In this document: positions 38,951 through 48,505 of the stretch, piece after piece
Numbering within the stretch: position 1 is the first letter of the stretch
Layout: every line of letters begins with the position of its first letter
Position numbers and translations under genes: made by a program
The notes under the pieces: model-generated
Database searches by the model: none
What the model was told of the DNA's origin: nothing
What the model saw: the letters and a program-made list of their open reading frames with translations, nothing else
Assembly (NCBI RefSeq): GCF_018977255.1
Contig: NW_024704742.1
Span: forward strand, 114,328,001-114,392,000
Direction: 5' to 3'
Source of the DNA: Callorhinchus milii
Lineage: Eukaryota
Length of the DNA: 64,000 bases

Positions 38951-40767
38951 AAATACATAATAGAGTAAAAGATTAGTCAAAGGTAAAAGGTTAGTCAAAG
39001 GTAGGGTGGGTCCAATTAGGGACCCAAGTGGAAATCTTCTTGTTGAGGCTGATGTACTAAATAAGTACTTTGCAACTGTCTTCACAAAAGAAGACAATGC
39101 AACCAATGTCACAATATCGCAGGTGTGTGAACAGAAATTGGATATGATAAAAATCAACAGAGAGGAGGTCATAAAAAGGCTGTCGGTGCTCAACATAGAT
39201 AAGTCACCTGATCCAGACCGGATGCATCCTAAATTACTGAGGGAAGCAAGGGTGGAAATAGCGGAGGCTCTGGCCACAATCCTTCAATCCTCTTTGGACA
39301 CTGGAGTGGTGCCAGAGGACTGGAAGGTTGCAAATGTTACTCCCCTGTACTAAAAGGGGCAGAAGGATAAACCTGAGAACTACAGGCCAATCAGCCTAAC
39401 AACAGTAGTAGGGAAACTTCTGGAGACTATAATCCGGGACAATATAAATTCTCACTTAGAAAAATATGGTTTAATAAAGGACAGTCAACACAGATTTGTT
39501 AAAGGCAGATCATGTCTGACAAACCTAATAGAATTTTTTGATGAAGTGACTGAGAGGGTGGATGAAGGTAATGCAGTAGACATAGTTTATCTAGATTTTC
39601 AAAAGGCATTTGACAAAATGCCACATACGAGACCTATAAACAAAATAGAAGCCCACGGTGTTAAAGGGTCTATGGCAACATGGATCCAGAACTGGCTAGG
39701 AGTCAGAAAGCAGAGAGTGGTAGTAAATGGTTGCTTTTCTGACTGGAGGGAGGTGTGCAGTGGTGTCTCTCAGGGGTCGGTATTGGGACCACTGCTCTTT
39801 CTGATCAATATTAATGATCTGGATCTGAATGTAGGGAGCACAATTTCCAAATTTACAGACGATACTAAGCTAGGAAAAGTAGTTAGGGGTGAGGAGGATA
39901 GCACCAGACTCCAAGAGGACTTAGACAGATTGGTAATATGGGCAGAAACGTGGCAGATGAGGTTTAATGTGGAGAAATGTGAAGTGTTGTATTTTGGTAG
40001 GAAGAATGAGGAGAGGCAGTATAAGCGAGATGGTACAATCTTAAAGGGGGCAAATGAACATAGAGACCTGGGGGTCCACATAAGCAAGTCTCTGAAGTGG
40101 CAGGACAGGTAGATAAAGCTGTTAAAAAAGCATATGGGATACTAGGTTTTATAAATAGGGGCATAGAATTAAAAAGTCAGGAGGTTATGTTGAATAATTA
40201 TAAAATGCTGGTTAGGCCTCAGTTGGAGTACTGGTTCAGTTCTGGGCACCGCACTTTAGGAAAGATGTTATGGCATTGGAGAGGGTGCAAAGGAGGTTTA
40301 CCGGGATGGTACCAGGAATGAAGGACCTTAATTATGAGGAGAGGTTAGCAAAACTAGGATTATTCTCCCTAGAGCAGAGAAGATTAAGAGGGGATTTAAT
40401 AAAGCTTTTCAAGATCATGAGAGGATTTCATAGGTTGAACCGGGAAAATCTGTTTCCATTGGCATGTGGGTCAGTAACCCGAGGACACCGATTTAAGATA
40501 GTTGTTAAAAGAAACAGAGGGGAGGTTAGGAAAAATGTTTTCACTCAGTGAGTTGTTCGGATCTGGAATATATTACCTGAAAGGGTAGTGGAAGCTGATT
40601 CAATAACAACTTTTAAGAGAGAAGTAGATGGGTAGTTGGGGAGGATAGAATTGCAGGGCTATGGAAAGAAAACGGGCCAGTGGGATTGAGCTGGGATTGT
40701 TCTTTTTAGAGCCAGCGCAGACACAATGGGCTGAATGGTCTCTTTCTATGTTGTATGATTCTATGAT
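38950..40767 (+). mobile_element. CR1-clade LINE, 5'-truncated, with ORF2 disrupted by stops and frameshifts
   Basis: Peptides [78 protein letters not shown]. Ends GGGCTGAATGG..TGATTCTATGAT. In-frame TAA at 39351. Confidence 0.97.
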
Positions 40768-41070
40768 AATACTCCTTGCATTTGATACAGCACATTATGT
40801 CGCCAAGACTTCTCAAAGCATTTCATAGGATATATTGTGAATGATGTAGAACACAGGACTTGTCCAAGCCAGGAAGGGCCTCTCCAGCCATAACCGATAA
40901 CAGACTTCAGTCGGTGAATGAAAGACAACAACCCACTCCACGTCTTCTGCCCAGTATGCAATCACCATAGTTGAGTGAGTTTTCAGCCATTCTGCTCTGT
41001 TCTCTGGAATATCACCCGGATACCTCCACTGCATCGAATGTTACTACCCTGTACTAAACATACCTCTATA
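40765..41070 (-). mobile_element. SINE tail (40765-40843) followed by the probable 3'UTR of another CR1-like element (40845-41070)
   Basis: CCTTGCATTTGATACAGC..CAAAGCATTTCATAG. The reverse complement of the next part ends GGCTGGAGAGGCCCTTCCTGG..CCTGTGTTCTAC, resembling a CR1 terminus. Confidence 0.5.
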
Positions 41071-41164
41071 ACAGTGTCTAACATCCCCAAAAATGGACAT
41101 AGGGATGATTTATCAAAATGAAATTTAATTTGTGTCATCTTGGCAGTGGGTTTTGCAAATTCCA

Positions 41165-41540
41165 CAGTGGGATTTGAACTTACATAATGTAACATGACAC
41201 TAAAATGTAGTGCTGGGAGGGTGTTGCATTGTCGGAGGTGCCGTCCTTCAGATGAGACGTTAAACCGAGGTCCCATCTCCCTGTTCAGGTGGAAGTTAAA
41301 GATCCCATGGCACTATTGAAAAAGAGAAGGGTGTTTCCCCTGGTATCCTGGGCAACAATCCTCCAAATAATATTGGTCGCTCACTCCATGGCTGTTTGTG
41401 GGACATTGCCGTGTGCAATTGGCAGCCATGTTTCGCCCACAAAATACACAGTCAATCTACTTTACAGTATATCCTGTGAAGAGTTTTGAGAAGTTTCAAT
41501 GAAGAGATAAGGTGCAATATCAAATGTTATTATTATAATT
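41165..41540 (+). mobile_element. SacSINE1/Deu-like SINE
   Basis: GCATTGTCGGAGGTGCCGTCCTTCAGATGAGACGTTAAACCGAGG..AAAGATCCCATGGCACTATT..GTGCAATTGGCAGCC. Confidence 0.9.
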
Positions 41541-41837
41541 TAAGATTTTGATTATTTTTCACAGCTAAAGCAGTTTATTAACATCAATAAAATCAAAATA
41601 TCCAGGCTAAATGTCCTACACATTGGATTAGTGTGGATAATACATACTTGTTTTGGAAAGAGAATTTGAATTTCATATAATCATATCTGTACTGCAAGAA
41701 TATAAATTCAACTGCAAAGCAGAGCCTTGATGAAATTCATAACTACAAATTTCACTTTTTCATAATCATCAAGCAGAAGGATGTCAGTGCTAGGGAAAGG
41801 AACACTTTCTACTGCTGGTACTGAGTCAGCATCAGGT

Positions 41838-42415
41838 ACAACATCAACAAAATTACATTTATATAGCGCCTTTCACGTCAGGAGGACGTCCCAACACACT
41901 GGACAATCACTGTTTCGGACCCGAGCTGGGGGCCAGGATCTGGGAGTTTGGAGAGCAGGGAGGGAAGCAGGGTGACCGAAGGCACAGTCGAAGAGGAGAG
42001 TATTGAGACAGGTCTTGAAGGAGGCGAGGGTGCAAGGCAGAGGGACTGCGGGATGGAGTTCCAGAGTGTTGGGGCAGAGTGGCAGAAGGCCCACTTGCCA
42101 ATGGTGGGCCGGGTGAGGCGGGAGACGTGAAGCAGGCTGGAGCCTGCTGAGCGGCGGGAATGGGTAAGTTGGTAGGGTGTTAGAAGGTCGCAGAGATAGG
42201 GGGGAGAAAGTTCATGCAGGGCTTTGAAGGCGAGGACCAGGATTTTGAACTGTATTTTCTGTGTGATGGAAAGCGAGTGGAGTCGGACAGGATGACGTGA
42301 TGAGGTCGCGGAGCCTGGTGTGGGAGAGGACACGGGCTGCAGAATTCTGAATAATCTGCATCCTATGGAGGAAGGAGTTGGGGAAGCCAACAAACAGGGA
42401 GTTGCGTAGCCGTAT
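41838..42415 (-). mobile_element. L2 LINE 3' fragment
   Basis: Minus ORFs IQNSAARVL, IQFKILVLAFKALH..PPYL, AF.HSAPTLWNS, and the L2 tail at 41850-41895. Confidence 0.95.
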
Positions 42416-42499
42416 GGCATATAACATGTGCAAAGTAAATTTCTCTACAGACTGCTAGCAGTGTGCTGTGGTTCCAGCTGATGAAAAAGCACTCCTACT

Positions 42500-42760
42500 G
42501 CAATACAGCAAAAGTTCTAATTTCTATTCCAGGGATCCTTGTGGCCTCTCTTAGATTGACAATTTAACTCCAATTAGTGCCAAATTACAGATATTTCTGA
42601 ACTTTAAATAAATGTTCATTAAGCAATAGGTTGAGTCTGTCTCAAATAGCTTAAAGTGAACTTGTACCACTGTCATAGGAATCTTTCACCCCATTAGTTT
42701 GGGTGTAGTTCAAATCTAGGTGCCAAAGGTGAAAGCATTGCTCTAAATAACACCACTGAT
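42500..42760 (-). mobile_element. LF-SINE-like remnant
   Basis: Reverse complement has, in order, TCAGTGG, CTTTCACCTTTGGCACCT, CTCAACC..TTAATGAACA, TTGGCACTAATTGG and GAGAGGCCA, collinear with the LF-SINE consensus as I recall it. Confidence 0.6.
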
Positions 42761-42764
42761 AGTT

Positions 42765-43089
42765 ATAATAATAATAATAATAATCCTTGCATTTGATATA
42801 GCGCTTTTCACGTCAGGAGGACGTCCCAAAGCGCTTCACAGAACACACTGTAAAGTGAATTGACTGTATATTTGTGGGCGAACGCGGCAGCCAATTGCGC
42901 ACAGCAATGTCCCACAAACAGTCATATTGATTGAAAATGACCAATTTATTATTGTTTTTGGTTTTGGAGGGATTATTATTAGGCGTGTCGAGTAAGGAAA
43001 CTTGCCCAAGATTTCGCCCTGCCTGGAATTGAACTCAGGTCTCTCGGTTGCAAAGCGAGTGCTCTAACCACTGAGCTACAGGACTCCAC
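42765..43089 (-). mobile_element. tRNA-Ala SINE, full length, young
   Basis: Reverse complement of the GTGGAGTCCTGTAGCTCAGTGGTTAGAGCAC head through to (ATT)n, with CpGs largely intact. Confidence 0.97.
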
Positions 43090-43348
43090 TTTGTAGTTAT
43101 GCAACTACAAAGAAAAATAATGAAAGGAGAATGAGAACTTTATTCTCATAAAATTGAGAACATATGGCTTGAGATGTGTTGCAACACTGAGAATCACATA
43201 TTACTAGAGTAATCTCACTCATTTTATGCAATCAATCACCAGAAACTGAAAATTATCTGGTAACTTTGTAACAAAATACTCCCTACCAATTGTTCAATAA
43301 TACTATATTTTACAAATGTCTTCATGACTTTGCCAACCATGTTTGGTC

Positions 43349-43633
43349 GTGGAGTCCTGTAGCTCAGTGGTTAAAGCACTCGCTTTGCAAGCGAGAGACC
43401 TGAGTTCAATTCCAGACAGGTCAGGGCGAAACCTTGGGCAAGTTTCCTTACTCCACACGCCTAATAATAATCCCTCCAAAAAACAAATTTCAATCTACGA
43501 CTGTTTGTGGGACATTGCTGTGCGCAATTGGCTGCCGCGTTCGCCTGCAAGTATACAGTCAATTCAGTGAAGCGCTTTGGGACGTCTAGAAGACGTAAAA
43601 AGCGCTATATCAAATGCAAGGATTATTATTATT
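43349..43633 (+). mobile_element. tRNA-Ala SINE with small internal deletions
   Basis: GTGGAGTCCTGTAGCTCAGTGGTTAAAGCACTCGCTTTGCAAGCGAG..AAGCGCTATATCAAATGCAAGG(ATT)n. Confidence 0.97.
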
Positions 43634-43738
43634 CATGTGAGAGATGAACAGTAGAGTTAATGTAACATTTAATATACCAATTTGTTTTAGTCAACTGGGT
43701 GTCTGATAGATGTGGAAACCTATCACTGTGCCTTAGAG

Positions 43739-43805
43739 CAGGGTGTTCCAACCTTTTGGCCGCTGAGGGCCGACCGCCGAATTTAAGAAAGTTTTGCAGG
43801 CCGCT
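43739..43805 (+). mobile_element. hAT (Charlie-like) DNA transposon left end
   Basis: CAGGGTGTTCCAACCTTTTGGC..GAGGGCCG preceded by the 8-mer CCTTAGAG, a Charlie-type target. No right end seen. Confidence 0.6.
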
Positions 43806-44693
43806 TAAGCAATATCCAACGCCTTGCACCCTCCTTTTCCACTTTCAAAACCATTCTAATATCCTACATCTTTACCTGCACCTTCGGTCACCTATTCCAC
43901 CCCCACCCCACAACCTCCCAAAACTCTTTAAAAGCGCTTTGAGATGCTTCCCTACATGAAAGGTGCAACATAAGTGCAAGTTGTTCCCGTTATAGCACCC
44001 CCCCCCCACCCCCTCTGTGCACTGGATAGAAGGAATGAACTTCTATCCCAGCAAAAACATTCAATATTATGTCAACTGTCTCCTTAAGAAGCTCAAGAAA
44101 TATATTGTTGAGTAACAGGGTTGAAGGTTGTAAGAATGATGAAGTATTACAGGAAACAAGATGGTTCATGTCCTGCTGGGATCATGGAGGAGGCACCATT
44201 GGAATGCAATGGTCAGCATTTTAAGTATGATGACTGTAACGTTTAATATTCTGGCATTCTATTTGATTACCCTTGGGTCTCGGGAGTTTAATCTTCTTGG
44301 AGGTTTTACTTCTGCTTGGTTACTAGCCTCAGGAGATCATAAGGATTGGGTACAGTTCATGATGGGGGAAATTGTGCATGATCTGTGGAGGGAAAACGTT
44401 TTATAGAGCTATTACAAGTATATAGATAATATACAGAATAGATATTTGCAAGTTATGAAGCTATAATTTAAATGAGGAAGTTAAAATAACAGAGTAATTT
44501 TGAGCAATTTGTGATTATTTGAACACTCAGATTAGTTTGGTAGTTTAAATATGCCCATATAGAAACAGAATTCATCATGTCTTCTTTTTCCCCTCCTACA
44601 GAAATAATGAATTGAATGCTTTTTAAGATGAAGGAGGTTTATGAAGAGAATGGAACTTTTTTCAGTCTTTAGCATCTACTGCCAGTATTTGCT

Positions 44694-45005
44694 GTGGAGT
44701 CTTGTAGCTCAGTGGTTAAGAGCACTCGCCTTGCAAGCGAGACACCTGGGTTCAGTTCCAGGCAGGGCGAAACCTAGGCAAGTTTCCTTACTCCATATGC
44801 CTAATAATAATCCCTCCAAAACAAAACAATAATAAATTGGTCATTTTCAATCCACAACTATTTGTGGGACACTGCTGTGCGCAATTGGCTGCCGTATTTC
44901 GCACACAAAATATACAGTCAATTCACTTTACAGTATATTCTGTGAAGCACTTTGAGACGTCTCGAAGACGTGATAATGCGCTACATAAAATGCAAGGATT
45001 ATTAA
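44694..45005 (+). mobile_element. tRNA-Ala SINE, full length
   Basis: GTGGAGTCTTGTAGCTCAGTGGTTAAGAGCACTCGCCTTGCAAGCGAG head, body and tail. Confidence 0.97.
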
Positions 45006-45629
45006 TTTTTTTTAATGGTATTTTAGCATATGAACCACAATTTAATGCGACAATACGCATTGTAAAAAACACATTTGTTTTTGGCAAGAGTTTACAGGAG
45101 TATGATATTGATATAGAATCAGCTAAGAATAAACTGCAAATAATTTCTTGATGAACCAGCAGTAATGTTCATTAATCTGCTTGTGTGAGGATGCTCACAA
45201 ATCAGTTACACATGGATTGCATAGGCATTTGGAATCCAGGTCACTGTGTGCACAAATACCAACCAAACCCAAAAGAAACCCAAAAATAAAACTGGAAAAG
45301 CATAAATCACAAATAACAAGGTTTCACAGAGTGATTTAAAGATTGTAATCTAATCTCTGTGTCAGTGACATCACCCAAATTCTCAATCAGTCGTCATTCC
45401 CTGATATTTACTGTTATTTCTATACACTGTGATATTGTAACTATACTGTAATCAGAATCAGCAACTGCAATCAAACCCAGTTATAAATCAGTGGTTGAGA
45501 TTCATAAAATTACGATCTGCTTCATATATTGCTGGTCAACATTTCTACATTCACTATGCATGAATACACCCAGACCCCAGCCGGCTTCCCACGCTAGAAA
45601 ATGGCCGACTTTGAGGCCATCAGATTACC

Positions 45630-45830
45630 AATAATCCCTCCAAAAAACAAAACAATAATAAATTGGTCATTTTCAATCCATGACTGTTTGTGGGACATTG
45701 CTGTGCGCAATTGGCTGCCGCGTTCGCCCACAAATATACAGTCAATTCACTTTACAGTGTGTTCTGTGAAGCGCTTTGGGACGTCCTCCCGACGTGAAAA
45801 GCGCTTTATCAAATGCAAGGATTATTATTA
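45630..45830 (+). mobile_element. tRNA-Ala SINE, 5'-truncated
   Basis: AATAATCCCTCCAAAA..GTGCGCAATTGGCTGCCGCGTTCGCCC..GACGTCCTCCCGACGTGAAAAGCGC. Confidence 0.95.
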
Positions 45831-47152
45831 CCACCACTCCATTTCCTGCACACAGCACATGTGCCACTTTTTAGTGAATGAGAAGTCCGTTGTTGTCTTA
45901 AACAAAGACAATGCAATTTGAAGCAACCCTTTCTGAACACATTTTAATTTTTTTGATAAGTAAATGTCAGGGTTCATACCCCAATATATTCAGAACTTTT
46001 TGATTGTAACCATCCTATAAAACTGCTGCAATAGTCTAATGTGTTGCATTAGGCATGCAATCTGTTGTATATATTATTTATTACAATCTACAATGTTTTA
46101 TTACTTTGCTTATGAGTTTCATTCTGCAGGCACAGATGGTATATGACCATTTGGTTCAGTAATGCTCAACATAAACTGGTATGAACCAGTTAAAATGGCA
46201 CTATAGTGGAAAAGATATTTAGAGTACTTTTTCCTTGAACTAAATTAAATAACCATTCAGGTTAAACACATTACATTTTCACTCTACCAATATTAAACTA
46301 ACCCTCACAACAGTCAGCTCTTAAATACGTAACTTTATAATTAAATTAACTACCTAATTAAAGCATATTAAATACATATCAAGAAAGAATACTTTTGATT
46401 TAAATTTAAATTTGTATTGTTAATTCATATACACTTGATAAAATTTAGAATTAAACATCAGCTCCAATTCACTTTAAATAGTATATGAAAAATTACTTTT
46501 ATTTTCTAGTTTTAATCTTGTATTTTGCCTTGTTTTTTTCAGCATTCCTGCTATCTTATCTAATAATCTTGCTTTCAGCAATTATTTTCCTCTCCTGCAT
46601 GTTCTCTTGTTATTTGTCAAATCTGTTTAATTTCTAATCACTAAATATTTAATTTCAACACCTCATCTTCTCTCCGTGTATTAGTTAAAGCAGCTGAATC
46701 TCTCTTGACTTTTGATTATTTTGTCACTAACTTCTTTTATCAAAAAAAATGCAGTTGCAAACCTCAAAAATGTGCAAAAGTGGGTTTATTTTAACTTTAG
46801 CCACTCTAGAACAAGACAAATCGATAACCCTGATGTAAATCTCAAAAAGCAAATAGCAGCAGGTGAACATCAAGTAACACGTGGTAATCATTCTACTCTG
46901 TGAAACAATTTAATACTGGTTTATACTGAGCCGTTTGTAGCAATTTAATGTACTTTTCACAGCAATTCACAATGAATTCATCTTTAAAAGATAAAGGTTT
47001 CCTGGACATTTTGCCCAACAGAAATGGAACACCCATTAGATTAGCAAAGTGCATTGAAAAACCTGCTCGTAGACTACTGTACTTCTCCATATAAAAAATC
47101 AGGTAAGTTCCAAGTTCAGTAAAGCCCCTGAACTAGAGGAAAACCTAGCTAT

Positions 47153-47512
47153 AATAGTAATAATAATAATCCTTGCATTTGATATAGCGCTTTTCACGTC
47201 TTCTAGACGTCCCAAAGTGCTTCACAGAATAATAATAATAATAATCCTTGTATTTGATATAGCGCTTTTCACGTCGGGAGGACGTCCCAAAGCGCTTCAC
47301 AGAACACACTGTAAAGTGAATTGACTGTATATTTGTGGGCGAACGCAGCAGCCAATTGCGCACAGCAGTGTCCCACAAACAGTCATGGATTGAAAATGAC
47401 CAATTTATTATTGTTTTTTTTGGTTTTGGAGGGATTATTATTAGGCGTGTGGAGTAAGGAAACTTGCCCAAGGTTTCGCCCTGCCTGGAATTGAACTCAG
47501 GTCTCTCACTTG
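47153..47512 (-). mobile_element. tRNA-Ala SINE (47228-47512) plus a second short tail (47153-47230)
   Basis: Two successive (AAT)n-CCTTG(C/T)ATTTGATATAGCGCTTTTCACGTC units with different loop sequences. Confidence 0.95.
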
Positions 47513-47581
47513 GCTGGCCACCCAGCCAAATCCACCTCATAGCTGATCTCCAGTCTGTGCTCGGTTGGATGCAGTCAACCA

Positions 47582-47962
47582 GGGACAGCAGTAGGGACAC
47601 CACAATTGCCTTATTAATCCTAGGCTAGAAAGAGGAAAAACAAAAAACATTAGGGTATCAAAAAACCTAACTTTTAAAAAAAACTTTACAGGGCAAATCT
47701 CAAATATTAGCCCGCGGACTTAACAATTGAGTCTCAAACTTGACACTGAAGGATAACAGCTACTCACTACTTTTATTCTGTTCTTTTTAAGAATTGTGAA
47801 AAACTGGCTTATAAAACAAGTCTGAATTCAAGAATTTAGTAAAATTCTGAATTATCTTAAATTTTAAGAAAAAATGATCTTTCATAATAACAACTTGCAT
47901 TTACATAGCGCCTTTCTAGCCTAGGGTTGGTAAGGCAATTGTGGTGTCCCTACTGCTGTCCC
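47582..47962. repeat. 51-bp inverted repeat (arms 47582-47632 and 47912-47962, 48/51 identical)
   Basis: GGGACAGCAGTAGGGACACCACAATTGCCTTATTAATCCTAGGCTAGAAAG against CTTTCTAGCCTAGGGTTGGTAAGGCAATTGTGGTGTCCCTACTGCTGTCCC, 279-nt spacer. Confidence 0.95.
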
Positions 47963-48505
47963 GGGATAGAGTCCCAGAGCGCTTCACAGTGGCGGAGTCT
48001 GACACCGAGCCGGGGTGGGGGCGGGGGGAAGTAGGTGACCACTAAGCACGATCAAAAAGTAAGGTCTTTAGGTGGTATTTGAAGGTGGGTGGGGAGGGGG
48101 CAAGGTGGATTGATTGAGGTAGAGAGTTCTAGAGTTTCGGGGTATAGTGGCTGAAGCCATGGAGTGGTCGAGGGACAAACAGGAGGTTGGAGCCAGCTGA
48201 GCGGAGGCAGCGAGTCGTGGAGTGGGGAGTAAGCAGGTTGGATAGGTAGAGAGGTGTGAGAGCATAAAGAGATTTGAAAATGAGTGAGAGGATCTTGAAA
48301 TCAATCCGTTCTGTTATTGGGAGCCAGTGGAAGCTGGCAAGGATTGGTGTGATAGGGGTATGGAGGTTTGCACGGGTGCGTATCCAGGCGGCAGAGTTTT
48401 GAATTAATTTGTTTTGTGTATGGTGGAGCTGGGAGACCAATGAGGAGGGCATTAGAACAGTCCAGCCAGGAAGTGACAAAGGCATGGACAAGAGTTTTGG
48501 CTGCA
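47885..48505 (-). mobile_element. L2 LINE 3' fragment with an insertion in its tail
   Basis: Minus ORF LIQNSAA.I..ITPILAS.HWLPI.ERIDFKIL, and tail CAACTTGCATTTACATAGCGCCTTTC..GTCCCAGAGCGCTTCACAG. Confidence 0.92.

Noticed and set aside
39006-40551. Active CR1 ORF2
   Set aside because: 5'-truncated with no endonuclease domain, and has an in-frame stop at 39351 and frameshifts
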